Shown one piece after another: positions 43,829-54,006 of a stretch of 64,000 nucleotides of DNA. The DNA comes from Clostridia bacterium (GTDB taxonomy: Bacteria > Bacillota > Clostridia > Christensenellales > Aristaeellaceae): positions 6,245 through 70,244 of the forward strand of contig JAFXVR010000029.1 of NCBI GenBank assembly GCA_017534885.1, in the 5' to 3' direction. Position 1 is the stretch's first letter, and every line of letters begins with the position of its first letter. A model generated the notes under the pieces. It saw only the letters and a list, made by a program, of their open reading frames with translations, was not told the DNA's origin and made no database searches. The position numbers were made by a program, and so were the translations under genes.

Positions 43829-45190
43829 ATGAAGCGACCATTTTCCCTCCTGCTGGCCCTCTGCCTGCTGCTGACGCTCCCGGTTTCCGCCGAGGCGCCC
43901 CTGAGCCTGGACAGCCTGATGCTGGAAATCGAGGAGGAGGTGAAGGAGCTGTCCGTGGACGCGGTGTCCTTCGAGATCAGCGAGGACGGCCAGTCCATCT
44001 ACATCGACCGGCCGGCGGTGACCGGGCCGGAGGAGTACACCATCGCCTACAATATCTATGACGCGGACTCCAACCCCGTCAACTATTTCTATTCCTTAGA
44101 GGAGCGGGTGGCCGCGACGCCGGGCTACGGCGGGCTCTTCAACGTGTTTGTGGTGGTCACGGACACCGCCACCGGGGAGCAGTGCGTTTCCAACATCGGC
44201 TGGCAGACCCTGTCCTGGCCGCGGGCCAACAGCCTGACGGTCGGCAAGGCCACCTTCGAGGTCAGCCCGGACCGGCAGTCCGTGTTTGTGGACAGGCCGG
44301 CCATCGCCTGCGCCTCGGGCTCGGTGACCATCGCCTACGATATTTATGACGCCAACTCCAATCCGGTCAACTACTTCTACTCCACCCAGAAGCGGGTGGC
44401 GGCCACGCCCGGGTATGACGGGCGGTTCAATGTGTTCGTCGTGGTGACGGACACGGGCACCGGCGAGCAGGACGTGCAGGACATCGGCTGGCAGACCTTA
44501 GGCGACCCGGTTCCGCCGGTGCAGGAGGACGACCCGTCGGACTACGACTACAGGGCCTTTGGCGACTATGTGGTGATTTACGGCTACCACGGGAGCGGGG
44601 TGGATATCGTCATTCCCTCCTATATCGAAGGCCAGCCGGTCCGGGAGATCGGCGATCACGCCTTCGCCGGCAACGAGAAGCTGACCGGCCATGTTACCCT
44701 GCCCTCCACCCTGGAGATCATCGGCTGGGAGGCTTTCAACGGATCCAGCCTCACGGGGGTGACGCTGAACGAGGGCCTGAAGGTCATCGACCACAGCGCC
44801 TTCAGCTTCTGCGAGCATCTGGCCGGCCATCTCGCCTTCCCCTCCACCTTGGAGAAAATCGATAACAACGCTTTTGATTGCTGCGTCGGCCTCACGGGGC
44901 TGACCTTCAACGAGGGGCTGAAGAGCATCGGCCAGTGCGCCTTCAACTGGTGCTGGGATCTGTCCGGCCATCTCACCTTCCCCTCTTCCTTCGAGGAAAT
45001 CGGCGACTACGCGTTCAATGAGTGCGTCAGCCTCACGGGCCTGACCTTCAACGAGGGCCTGATGAGGATCGGCGCCTACGCCTTCCTGGACTGCCAGGGC
45101 CTGACCGGCACCGTGACCATCCCCCAGGGCTGCGACGTGGGCGAAGGGGCCTTCGACCTGACTGAAGTCAACGTTGTGTACAAAAACTGA
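43829..45190 (+). CDS. 453-aa secreted surface protein: two ~85-aa modules and a short BspA-type LRR array
   Basis: The N-terminal ~220 aa are almost identical to 40858..43770, with the same signal peptide and helix. The C-terminal LRR_5-like units read [31 protein letters not shown]. Confidence 0.8.
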   Translation: MKRPFSLLLALCLLLTLPVSAEAPLSLDSLMLEIEEEVKELSVDAVSFEISEDGQSIYIDRPAVTGPEEYTIAYNIYDADSNPVNYFYSLEERVAATPGYGGLFNVFVVVTDTATGEQCVSNIGWQTLSWPRANSLTVGKATFEVSPDRQSVFVDRPAIACASGSVTIAYDIYDANSNPVNYFYSTQKRVAATPGYDGRFNVFVVVTDTGTGEQDVQDIGWQTLGDPVPPVQEDDPSDYDYRAFGDYVVIYGYHGSGVDIVIPSYIEGQPVREIGDHAFAGNEKLTGHVTLPSTLEIIGWEAFNGSSLTGVTLNEGLKVIDHSAFSFCEHLAGHLAFPSTLEKIDNNAFDCCVGLTGLTFNEGLKSIGQCAFNWCWDLSGHLTFPSSFEEIGDYAFNECVSLTGLTFNEGLMRIGAYAFLDCQGLTGTVTIPQGCDVGEGAFDLTEVNVVYKN

Positions 45191-45232
45191 ACCAAGCCGC
45201 GAAATCTCTCACAAAAAGATCATAGAACTCAT

Positions 45233-45361
45233 AAGGACGGGCCGCGAAGGGGGTCCAGGGGGCGCGCAGTCCCGCGTGTCGCCAGTGGCGACCTTCAGAG
45301 CGGGACAAGCGTTGAATAGGCAAAGCCCCCCTGGTCGCGTCCGCAGACGCGAAACCCCCTG
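45233..45361. repeat. family C element (copy C4, long form)
   Basis: Almost identical to C1 and immediately upstream of miaB. Confidence 0.85.
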
Positions 45362-45390
45362 CAAAAATATAACAGAACAAAGGAACTCTT

Positions 45391-46818
45391 ATGAACAACA
45401 TCAACCAAAACACCCCGCCCAGGCACCGCCTGATCCCCCCGGAGGAGCTGGAAGCCCAGCGCCGGGCCGCGGCGAGAATCCGCTCCCGCGAGGATCGCCC
45501 GCAGACCTTTTTCGTGGTGACCTACGGCTGCCAGATGAACGCCCACGACAGCGAGCTCCTGGCGGGGCAGCTCCGGGAAATGGGCCTGACGGAGGCCCCG
45601 GACCGGGAGAGCGCGGACTTCGTGCTCTTCAACACCTGCTGCGTCCGGGACAACGCCGAGCGCAAGGCTTTGGGCAACATCACCTGGCTGAAGGAGGTGC
45701 GCAAGCGCAACCCGGGGCTGCTCATCGCGGTCTGCGGCTGCATGGCCCAGGAGCCGGGCATGGCGGAGAAGCTGCTGCGCCAGTACGCCTTTGTCAACCT
45801 GGTCTTTGGCACCTCGAATCTGCACCGCTTCCCGGAGCTGTTTGAGGAGATGCTGGACAGCGCCGCGCCGGTGATCCGGGTGGACACGGAGGACGTGGTG
45901 GCCGAGGGCCTGCCCGTCAGCCGATTGCGGCGGGAGGCGGCCTATGTCAGCATCATGTACGGCTGCGACAACTTCTGCACCTACTGCATTGTGCCTTATG
46001 TGCGGGGCCGGGAGCGCTCCCGGGAGATGGCGGACATCCTGCGGGAGGCTGAGGGGCTCCTGGAAAGCGGCGCGCAGGAGATCATGCTGCTGGGCCAGAA
46101 TGTCAACAGCTATGGCCGCGGCCTGGCCGAAAAGGCGGACTTCCCGGGCCTGCTGAGGGCGCTGGACCGCCTGGGCGTGCCGCGCATTCGCTTCATGACC
46201 TCCCATCCCAAGGATCTCTCGGACGAGCTGATCCGGGTGATGGGCGAGGCGGAGCACGTCCTGCCCCAGTTCCACCTGCCCGTGCAGGCCGGCAATGACG
46301 AGATCCTCCGCCGGATGAACCGCCACTATGACCGGGAGACCTACCTGAAAAAGGTGCGCGCCCTGCGGGAAGCCGTGCCGGGCATCGGCCTGACCACCGA
46401 TGTGATGGTGGCCTTCCCCGGGGAGACCGAGGAGCAGTTCCTTGACACCCTCTCCCTGGTGGACGAGGTGGGCTACGACTCGGCCTTCACCTTCATCTAC
46501 TCCCCCCGGGTGGGCACCCAGGCCGCCAAAATGCCCGGCCAGATACCCCCCGACATCGCCCGCGACCGCATCGAGCGCCTCATCGCCCTGCAGGACCGCC
46601 GCCAGAAGGAAGTCATGGCGCGCTTCCTGGGCCAGGAGGAGGAAGTGCTGGTGGAAAGCCTCTCCCGCCGCTCCGGCCGCGAAGTCTCCGGCAAAGGCCG
46701 CCACGGCCTCTCCATCACCCTCCCCGGCTGCGACCGCGACGTCGGCCGAATCGTGCGGGTGAAGGTGACGGGGGTGAAGAATAATACGCTGGTGGGGGAG
46801 AGAGAAGTGAGGAGTTAG
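45391..46818 (+). CDS. miaB: tRNA-2-methylthio-N6-dimethylallyladenosine synthase (radical SAM methylthiotransferase)
   Basis: UPF0004 N-domain FFVVTYGCQMNAHDSE, radical-SAM CDNFCTYCIVP, and a C-terminal TRAM-like segment (GRIVRVKVTG). Confidence 0.9.
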   Translation: MNNINQNTPPRHRLIPPEELEAQRRAAARIRSREDRPQTFFVVTYGCQMNAHDSELLAGQLREMGLTEAPDRESADFVLFNTCCVRDNAERKALGNITWLKEVRKRNPGLLIAVCGCMAQEPGMAEKLLRQYAFVNLVFGTSNLHRFPELFEEMLDSAAPVIRVDTEDVVAEGLPVSRLRREAAYVSIMYGCDNFCTYCIVPYVRGRERSREMADILREAEGLLESGAQEIMLLGQNVNSYGRGLAEKADFPGLLRALDRLGVPRIRFMTSHPKDLSDELIRVMGEAEHVLPQFHLPVQAGNDEILRRMNRHYDRETYLKKVRALREAVPGIGLTTDVMVAFPGETEEQFLDTLSLVDEVGYDSAFTFIYSPRVGTQAAKMPGQIPPDIARDRIERLIALQDRRQKEVMARFLGQEEEVLVESLSRRSGREVSGKGRHGLSITLPGCDRDVGRIVRVKVTGVKNNTLVGEREVRS

Positions 46819-47021
46819 GAGTGAGGAGTGAGGAGTTTCACATAAGGCTGAATGTGAAACGTGAAGTGTGAAATGGCGTTTGCGAGCCGGAGCCTGGAAA
46901 TGTCTGCAGCCGCTGACAGGGGCAGTGCCGGCAGGCCACATGAACAAGCGATACGAGGAGGGTCACACATCCAAAAGTATTTCTGTGAACTCAAATACAG
47001 GAGGCGAGCGTGTGCGGGGGG

Positions 47022-47091
47022 TTTGGGGGACACACGTCGCAACGTGTCCCCCAAGACCTTTTTGTTACTTTTTCGGTCACGAAAAAGTAAG
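47022..47091. repeat. family E double-hairpin element (copy E2, reverse)
   Basis: TTTGGGGGACACACGTCGCAACGTGTCCCCCAAGACCTTTTTGTTACTTTTTCGGTCACGAAAAAGTAAG. Confidence 0.8.
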
Positions 47092-47140
47092 TATGAGCCA
47101 ACAGGGACAATGCATCATGTTCAATGAGGTTGAAGGCATA

Positions 47141-47285
47141 GCCCTCCGCAGGAGCGCCTTTCAAGGGGGTCTCTTTCCTGTTCGGACGCCTTCTCGCGGA
47201 AAGCGTCCCCCGGCGCAGGTACTATATTATCCTCCCCCTTCCCCCGCGCACGGGGGAAGGGGGTCGGGGGGATGGGGGGAACCCC
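47141..47285. repeat. family A element (copy A7)
   Basis: Nearly collinear with A6 and A2, and lies in the long non-coding gap between miaB and the small ORF before mutS. Confidence 0.8.
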
Positions 47286-47346
47286 AGCCCGTCAAACCAA
47301 GCTAACAGCTAATAGCTATTAGCTCAAAGAACAGGAGACACAAACC

Positions 47347-47628
47347 ATGAAACAACCGCCCAAAAAGCTCTGGATCATCCTGGCCATCATCCTGGTGGCC
47401 ATCCTCGCCATCTCGGCGATCTGGTGGGACGCCACCCACGGCAACCGCCAGCTGGTGGACAACAACTACCGCTACGACCGCGCCATCATCCGCCTGCCCA
47501 ACGGTGAGATCATCGAGGGTAAGGTGAACTCCTGGCTGGACTACGCCGACTCCGACGTGGTGCAGGTCAAGGTCGACGGAAAGACGTATCTGACGCATTA
47601 CAGCAATGTGTGTTTGATTGATGATTGA
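47347..47628 (+). CDS. small membrane-anchored hypothetical protein (93 aa)
   Basis: N-terminal TM segment LWIILAIILVAILAISAIWW followed by a hydrophilic domain. It ends immediately before the mutS start region. Confidence 0.5.
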   Translation: MKQPPKKLWIILAIILVAILAISAIWWDATHGNRQLVDNNYRYDRAIIRLPNGEIIEGKVNSWLDYADSDVVQVKVDGKTYLTHYSNVCLIDD

Positions 47629-47642
47629 CGAAAGGACATCCC

Positions 47643-50249
47643 ATGGCCTCTCTCACCCCCATGATGCAGCAGTACACCTCGCTCAAGGAGAAGTACAAGG
47701 ACTGCATCCTGATGTTCCGTCTCGGGGATTTCTACGAGATGTTTTTTGAGGACGCCCAAACCGCGGCCAGGGAGCTGGAGCTGACCCTGACGGGCCGGGA
47801 CTGCGGGCAGAAGGAGCGCGCGCCCATGTGCGGCGTGCCCCACCACGCGGTGTCAGGCTATATCGGGCGGCTGCTGGAGAAGGGGTACAAGGTGGCCCTG
47901 TGCGAGCAGCTGGAGGATCCGGCCCTGGCCAAGGGGCTGGTGGAACGGGACGTGATCCGCGTCTACACCCCGGGCACCCTCAACGATCCCGCCATGCTGG
48001 ATGAGCGGCGCTCCAGGTACCTGCTGTCCATCGCCCTGCAGGGAAAGGGCTGTGGGCTGTGCTGGGCGGAGGTCTCCACCGGCGAGTGCTGGTGCGAGGA
48101 GCTGCCGGACGCCGGAGCCCTGGCCGAGGCCGTCAGCCGCATTGAGCCCAGCGAGGTCATCACGCCCGATCTGGTGCGCCTGCGGGCCGCCGCCGGGCGG
48201 GAGATGAGCGCCGCCAGCGAGCAGCCCTCCGGCTGGTTCACCTACCGCGCCGCCGCCGAGCGCCTGACGGGGCATTTTCACCTGCAGAACCTGGCCGCCT
48301 TCGGGCTGGACGGGGCCGAGTGCCGTCTGGCGGTCTGCGCCGCGGGCGGGCTGATCCGCTACCTGGAGGAGACCCAGAAGAACGCCTTAGAGCACCTGAC
48401 GGGCGTCCGCCGCTGGCCGGGCAGCCGGCACATGCTGCTGGACAGCGCCACCCGCCGCAACCTGGAGCTGACCGAGGGCCTGCGCTCCCGCAGCCGCAAG
48501 GGCTCCCTGCTGGGGCTGCTGGACCGCACCGCCACCGCCATGGGCGGACGCCTCCTGCGCGCCTGGGTGGAGCAGCCCCTGCTGCGGGCGGAGGACATCC
48601 TCTGGCGCATGGACGCGGTGGACGAGCTCTGCCGCAATCACGTGCTGGCCGCGACCCTCTCCGAAAAGCTCCGGGAGGTCTATGACCTGGAGCGCCTGCT
48701 GAGCAAGGTCAGCTACCGCAGCCTGAACGGCCGGGACTGCCTGGCCCTCGGCGCGTCCCTGGGCCAGCTGCCGGAGATCAAAGACCTGCTGGCGGACTGC
48801 GGGAGCGCGGCGCTTGGGCAGCTGAGGGATCAGATGAACCCCCTGGACGACCTCCGCGCCCTGCTGGAGAAGGCCATCAGCCCCGACGCGCCCATCACCA
48901 TCACCGAGGGCGGCCTCATCCGGGACGGCTATTCGCCCCTGCTGGACGAGTACCGCGCCGCGGCCACGGGGGGCAAGCAGTGGATCCTCGAGATGGAGCA
49001 GCGGGAGCGGGAGGCGACGGGCATCCGCAACCTGCGGGTGCAGTACAACCGGGTTTTCGGCTACTATATCGAGGTGACCAAGTCCTTCCTGAGCATGGTG
49101 CCCGAGCGCTACATCCGCCGCCAGACCATGGCCAACGCGGAGCGCTACGTGACCCCCGAGCTGCGGGAGATCGAGCAGAAGATCGTGGGCGCGCAGGAGC
49201 AGTCCGTGCGGCTGGAGGGCCAGCTCTTCAGCGAGATCCGGGACGCCATCGCCGGGCGGATCGCGGAGATTCAGCAGACGGCTTCCGCCCTCAAGCAGCT
49301 GGACTGCCTGCTCTCCCTCTCCCTCGCCGCGGTGGAAAACCGCTACACGCGGCCGGAGATTGTGGATGACGGGCGGCTTGAGATCACCGCGGGCCGGCAT
49401 CCGGTGGTGGAACAGGCCCTGAGCGAGGCGGGCTTCATCCCCAACGACACCCTGATGAACACCACCACCGACCGCATGCTCATCATCACCGGGCCCAACA
49501 TGGCCGGCAAGAGCACCTACCTGCGCCAGGTGGCCCTCATCACCCTGATGGCCCACATCGGCTCCTTTGTGCCGGCGGACGCGGCGGTCATCCCCCTCAC
49601 CGACCGCATCTTCACCCGCGTCGGAGCTTCGGACGACCTGGCCAGCGGCCAGAGCACCTTCATGGTGGAAATGTCCGAGACGGCCTACATCCTGCGCAGC
49701 GCCACTTCCCGCTCCCTGGTCATCCTGGATGAAATCGGCCGGGGCACCTCTACCTTTGACGGCCTGGCCATCGCCTGGGCGGTGGTGGAATACCTCTGCG
49801 ACCGGGAGAAGGTGGGCGCGAAAACCCTCTTCGCCACCCACTATCACGAGCTCTCCGAGCTGGAGGGTCGGCTGGACGGGGTCAAAAACTACTGCTCCCA
49901 GGTGAAGGAGCGGGGCGAGGATGTGCTCTTCCTGCGGCGCATCGAGCGCGGCGGGGCCGACAAGAGCTTTGGCGTGCACGTGGCGCGGCTGGCCGGCGTT
50001 CCCCGGGAGGTGGTGGCCCGCGCCCACGAGATCCAGGCCCGCCTGGAGGTCTCCGACATCAACCAGAACCGCATCGGTCAGAACATCCTCGGCCGGGAGG
50101 AAACCGCCTCCCAGCCCGAGCAGTTCACCCTCTTCGACCCCGGCAAGCAGCAGATCATCGATGAGCTCCGCGCCATCGACATCATGGCGCTCACGCCCAT
50201 GGACGCGATCAACAAGCTGTATCTGCTGAGGGAGATGGCGAGGAAATAG
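47643..50249 (+). CDS. mutS: DNA mismatch repair protein MutS
   Basis: LTPMMQQY..LK......L.FRLGDFYEMFFEDA N-terminus, Walker A GPNMAGKST and DEIGRGTSTFDG. I prefer the ATG at 47643 (GAAAGGA RBS) over the TTG at 47625. Confidence 0.95.
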   Translation: MASLTPMMQQYTSLKEKYKDCILMFRLGDFYEMFFEDAQTAARELELTLTGRDCGQKERAPMCGVPHHAVSGYIGRLLEKGYKVALCEQLEDPALAKGLVERDVIRVYTPGTLNDPAMLDERRSRYLLSIALQGKGCGLCWAEVSTGECWCEELPDAGALAEAVSRIEPSEVITPDLVRLRAAAGREMSAASEQPSGWFTYRAAAERLTGHFHLQNLAAFGLDGAECRLAVCAAGGLIRYLEETQKNALEHLTGVRRWPGSRHMLLDSATRRNLELTEGLRSRSRKGSLLGLLDRTATAMGGRLLRAWVEQPLLRAEDILWRMDAVDELCRNHVLAATLSEKLREVYDLERLLSKVSYRSLNGRDCLALGASLGQLPEIKDLLADCGSAALGQLRDQMNPLDDLRALLEKAISPDAPITITEGGLIRDGYSPLLDEYRAAATGGKQWILEMEQREREATGIRNLRVQYNRVFGYYIEVTKSFLSMVPERYIRRQTMANAERYVTPELREIEQKIVGAQEQSVRLEGQLFSEIRDAIAGRIAEIQQTASALKQLDCLLSLSLAAVENRYTRPEIVDDGRLEITAGRHPVVEQALSEAGFIPNDTLMNTTTDRMLIITGPNMAGKSTYLRQVALITLMAHIGSFVPADAAVIPLTDRIFTRVGASDDLASGQSTFMVEMSETAYILRSATSRSLVILDEIGRGTSTFDGLAIAWAVVEYLCDREKVGAKTLFATHYHELSELEGRLDGVKNYCSQVKERGEDVLFLRRIERGGADKSFGVHVARLAGVPREVVARAHEIQARLEVSDINQNRIGQNILGREETASQPEQFTLFDPGKQQIIDELRAIDIMALTPMDAINKLYLLREMARK

Positions 50250-50250
50250 G

Positions 50251-50369
50251 CAGGGGTTTCGCGCCTGCGGGCGCGACAAGGGGGGCTTTGCGGATTCAAC
50301 GCTCGTTCCGCTCTGAAGGTCGCCACTGGCGACACGCGGAACCCGCGCCCCCCTTGACCCCCTTCGCCC
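50251..50369. repeat. family C element (copy C5, long form, reverse)
   Basis: CAGGGGTTTCGCGCCTGCGGGCGCGACAAGGGGGGCTTTGCGGATTCAACGCTCGTTCCGCTCTGAAGGTCGCCACTGGCGACACGCGGAACCCGCGCCCC, in the mutS-mutL spacer. Confidence 0.85.
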
Positions 50370-50431
50370 CCATTGGTTCCGGCAATCAACGATTTGCATT
50401 CTGCTGGTTGAAAGAAAGGACTCAAAAGACC

Positions 50432-52393
50432 ATGCCCAAAATCCGCATGCTTTCCGATGACATTATCGGGAAAATCGCCGCGGGCGAGGTGGTGGAGCGG
50501 CCGGCGGCGGCCATCAAGGAGATGGTGGAGAACAGCCTGGACGCGGGGGCCAGCGCGGTGTCGGTGGAGATCCGCGACGGGGGGATCAGCTATATCCGGG
50601 TGACGGACAACGGCTGCGGCATCCCCGAGGCGGAGATCCGCATGGCCTTTGAGCGGCACGCCACCAGCAAGATCGCCAGCCTGCGGGAGCTGGAGACCGT
50701 GGCCACCCTGGGCTTCCGGGGCGAGGCCTTAGCCTCCATCTCCGCGGTCAGCTGCGTCACCTGCACCACCCGCACCGCCGACGCCCCAACGGGCATCCGC
50801 GCGGTGCACGAGGGCGGTCGGCTGGTGTCCGTGGAGGAAGCCGCCGGGCCCGTGGGCACCTCCATGGTGGTGCGCGATCTCTTTTTCAACGCGCCTGTAC
50901 GGCTGAAGTTCCTCAAGAAGCCCCAGGCCGAGGCGGCCCAGGCGGCGGATGTCATCATGCGGCTGATCCTCTCCCATCCGGAGGTCAGCTTCCGCCTGGT
51001 CAGCCAGGGCAAGACGGTGTACCACTCCGCGGGGGACGGCCGGCTGGAGTCCGCCGTGTTCAGCGTGTACGGCACCGAAATGCTCCGCGCCATGCGCCGG
51101 GTGGAGGGCCATCAGGGCGGCGTGCTGCTGAAGGGTTTTGTGGGCGTCGGCGAGAGCGGGCGCGGCAGCCGCAGCCATGAGTCCTTCTTCATCAACGGGC
51201 GCTGCCTGCGCTCTTCGCTGCTGTCCTCCGCGGTGGAGGAGGGCTGCCGGGAGCGGGTGATGATCGGCAAGTATCCCGTGTGCGTCCTGCACCTGACCCT
51301 GCCCTACGAGGCGGTGGACGTGAACGTGCACCCCAACAAGCTGGAGGCCCGCTTCGCCGACGAACAGGCCGTGTTTGACGCGGTGTCGACCCTGGTGCGG
51401 GAGGCCCTCGCCGAGCCCGATCCCTTTGCCCGCCCCGAGCAGCTCCGCCTGACCGAGGAAAGCCCCGCCCCCGCTCCGGTGAGTATCACCCGGCAGGCCA
51501 GGGCGCCGTCGGCGTCGGCGGCAGCCGGGCCGGGGACGGGATCAGCCGGACCGGCGGCAGCGGCTTTGGCTGAGGCTTCAGCCGCATCATCAGCTGAATC
51601 AGCCGCATTCACACCAGCCTCAACCGCATCAGCCGCTGAAGCTATATTATCATACGCCGCATCTGAATCCGCCGAGGCCTCCGCCGGAGGGGCCGCGCCG
51701 GTGCTGCGGGAGGCCGCGCCCGGGGCGAGCGCCTGCCTGCGCCAGGCGGTGACCGCGCCCCCGCCCCAGCCCCGGCGGCCCGTTCCGCTGGTGGAGGAGA
51801 CCTCCTTCCTGCCCGACGACGGGGGCTTCCGCTTCATTGGCACGGTGTTCGACACCTACATCCTGCTGGAATACCGGGATCAGCTGATGCTCATCGACCA
51901 GCACGCCGTGCACGAGCGCCTGCTCTTCGACCGGCTGATGGCCGAGTATGACCGCTCGGTGGCCGCTCAGGAGCTGCTGATCCCCCAGATTGTCCCCCTG
52001 ACGCGCCAGGAGCAGGCCGCCTTGGAGGAGAACCGCGCCCTGCTGGAGGGCCTGGGCTTCGCGGTGGAGCCCTTCGGCGAGAACGAGGCCGCCATCCGCG
52101 CCGTGCCCATGATCCTCGGCGAACCCCAGGCGAAGGACTTCCTTTTGGAGGCCCTGGACCGGCTGACCGGCGAGAGCCGCTCCTTCAGCGTGGAAAAGCG
52201 CCGCGCTGAGATCCTCCAGACCGCCTGCAAGCACGCCGTGAAGGGTGGCGAAAAGCTCCCCGAGTCCGTCCTGAAAGACCTGGTGAAGCAGATGGCCGAA
52301 CAGAATGTCACCCCCACCTGCCCCCACGGCCGCCCCCTGGTGGTGGCGCTGAGCCATGGGGAGCTGGACCGGAAGTTCAGGAGGGTGCAGTGA
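50432..52393 (+). CDS. mutL: DNA mismatch repair protein MutL
   Basis: Start trimmed to MPKIRMLSDDIIGKIAAGEVVERPAAAIKEMVENSLDAGAS (GHKL N-domain). The upstream codons translate repeat C5. C-terminal CPHGRP motif and an A/S-rich linker. Confidence 0.95.
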   Translation: MPKIRMLSDDIIGKIAAGEVVERPAAAIKEMVENSLDAGASAVSVEIRDGGISYIRVTDNGCGIPEAEIRMAFERHATSKIASLRELETVATLGFRGEALASISAVSCVTCTTRTADAPTGIRAVHEGGRLVSVEEAAGPVGTSMVVRDLFFNAPVRLKFLKKPQAEAAQAADVIMRLILSHPEVSFRLVSQGKTVYHSAGDGRLESAVFSVYGTEMLRAMRRVEGHQGGVLLKGFVGVGESGRGSRSHESFFINGRCLRSSLLSSAVEEGCRERVMIGKYPVCVLHLTLPYEAVDVNVHPNKLEARFADEQAVFDAVSTLVREALAEPDPFARPEQLRLTEESPAPAPVSITRQARAPSASAAAGPGTGSAGPAAAALAEASAASSAESAAFTPASTASAAEAILSYAASESAEASAGGAAPVLREAAPGASACLRQAVTAPPPQPRRPVPLVEETSFLPDDGGFRFIGTVFDTYILLEYRDQLMLIDQHAVHERLLFDRLMAEYDRSVAAQELLIPQIVPLTRQEQAALEENRALLEGLGFAVEPFGENEAAIRAVPMILGEPQAKDFLLEALDRLTGESRSFSVEKRRAEILQTACKHAVKGGEKLPESVLKDLVKQMAEQNVTPTCPHGRPLVVALSHGELDRKFRRVQ

Positions 52394-52562
52394 GGTATTC
52401 GTTATTAGCTGTTAGCTCAGGCAGACGGACTGAGGTTGAGGTTGGAGGTTGAAGGCAGGAGGTTTAGTTACAAGCCTCTGTAAAGGCGCTCCTGCGGAGT
52501 TCCCTTCCCTCTTTGCTTCACTCCATGCATTGGCTGCGCCATGAATGAATGGCTGCGCCTCC

Positions 52563-52700
52563 TATGCCCCGCAGGGCATATCACGTGCCGAAGGCACATT
52601 TCACGCGCCGTCAGGCGCATTTCATGCCGTCAGGCATTTCATACCGTCTCCCCCGCACAAAACGAAATGCGCTTCGCGCATGAAATGGCTTCGCCATGAT
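52563..52700. repeat. family F element (copy F2, reverse complement of F1)
   Basis: CCTATGCCCCGCAGGGCATATCACGTGCCGAAGGCACATTTCACGCGCCGTCAGGCGCATTTCATGCCGTCAGGCATTTCATACCGTC...GCGCATGAAATGGCTTCGCCATGAT, ~80 bp upstream of the M48 peptidase start. Confidence 0.8.
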
Positions 52701-52779
52701 TTCCACCTCCAACCTCCAACCTCCCCGCACTCCACTCTTCACGCTTCACTCTCCACTCTTCACTCCAAAGGAGGCCCCT

Positions 52780-54006
52780 ATGTCCTTCAAACTCATCGCC
52801 CTCATCGTCATGACCCTGACCCTGGTGTGGAATCTGGTGCTGGAGCGGCTGCGGCAGCGGTCGGTGAACAATCCGCTGCCGGAGAATGTGGCGGACGTGT
52901 ATGACGCGGCCACGTACCAGAAGTGGAAGGCCTACCACGGGGAGACCGGGCAGCTGCATTTGCTGATACAGCTGGTCAGCTTTGCGGTGGAAGTGATCCT
53001 GATCCTCACGGACGCCTTCGCGGCCTTCGCGGGGCTCTTCCCGGAGGTGCAGATGACCCGGAGCTTCGCGGCGCTGCTGCTCCTCTCCCTCACGGGCGTT
53101 TTCCTCCTGCCCTTTGAGTATTACAGCACCATGGTCATTGAGGAGAAGTACGGCTTCAACCGCACCACCAAAAAGACCTTCTGGCTGGATCAGCTGAAGT
53201 CCTTCCTGATCGGCCTGGGCCTGATGTCCTTCATCGCCTGCCTGCTGATGTGGGTGCATCAGGCCCTGGGCGACTGGCTGATTGTGGCCTTCGCCGGGCT
53301 GATGACGCTCTTCCTCCTCTTCTTCGCCTTCCTCTACCCGGTGTTCAGCCGCATCTTCAACAAGTTCACCCCCCTCGAAGAGGGAGAGCTCCGCCAGAAG
53401 CTCACCGCCCTGCTGGAGAAGCACGGCTACCGGGTGCGCGCCATCCAGGTGATGGACGCCTCCCGCCGCTCCACCAAGTCCAACGCCTACTTCACCGGCT
53501 TCGGGCACATGAAGACCATTGTGCTCTACGACACTTTGGTGGCATCCATGACCACGGAGGAGATCTGCGCGGTCTTCGCCCATGAGCTGGGCCACGGCCT
53601 GCATCACGACACCCTCCGCAATCAGGCGCTGAGCTTCCTGCAGATGCTCTTCATCGCCGTTCTGGCCTGGCTGGTTCTGCGCACCCCCGCCGTCTTCGCG
53701 GACTTCGGCTTTGACGGGGTGAACTACGGCTTTGCCATCTACCTGATCATGAACGTTGCCTTCGCCCTCTTTGCGCCGCTCTGGGGCCTGGTGGCCAACG
53801 CCGTCTCCCGCCGCGCCGAGTACCGGGCCGACGCCCAGGCTGCTGAGGAGGGGTACACCGGGGCCCTCATCTCCGGTCTGAAGAAGCTCAGCCGCGAGAA
53901 CCTCTCCGACCTCTCCCCCGATCCCCTGCTGGTGAAGCTGGAGTATTCCCACCCGACGCTCAGCCAGCGCATCGCGGCGCTGACAGGTGAAAAAAAGTTC
54001 AGGTAA
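52780..54006 (+). CDS. M48-family (Ste24/CAAX-protease-type) membrane zinc metallopeptidase
   Basis: Start trimmed to MSFKLIALIVMTL (AAGGAGG RBS). Multiple TM helices, the HELGH zinc motif (FAHELGHGLHHD) and a downstream E...D (EYRADAQA). Confidence 0.85.
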   Translation: MSFKLIALIVMTLTLVWNLVLERLRQRSVNNPLPENVADVYDAATYQKWKAYHGETGQLHLLIQLVSFAVEVILILTDAFAAFAGLFPEVQMTRSFAALLLLSLTGVFLLPFEYYSTMVIEEKYGFNRTTKKTFWLDQLKSFLIGLGLMSFIACLLMWVHQALGDWLIVAFAGLMTLFLLFFAFLYPVFSRIFNKFTPLEEGELRQKLTALLEKHGYRVRAIQVMDASRRSTKSNAYFTGFGHMKTIVLYDTLVASMTTEEICAVFAHELGHGLHHDTLRNQALSFLQMLFIAVLAWLVLRTPAVFADFGFDGVNYGFAIYLIMNVAFALFAPLWGLVANAVSRRAEYRADAQAAEEGYTGALISGLKKLSRENLSDLSPDPLLVKLEYSHPTLSQRIAALTGEKKFR

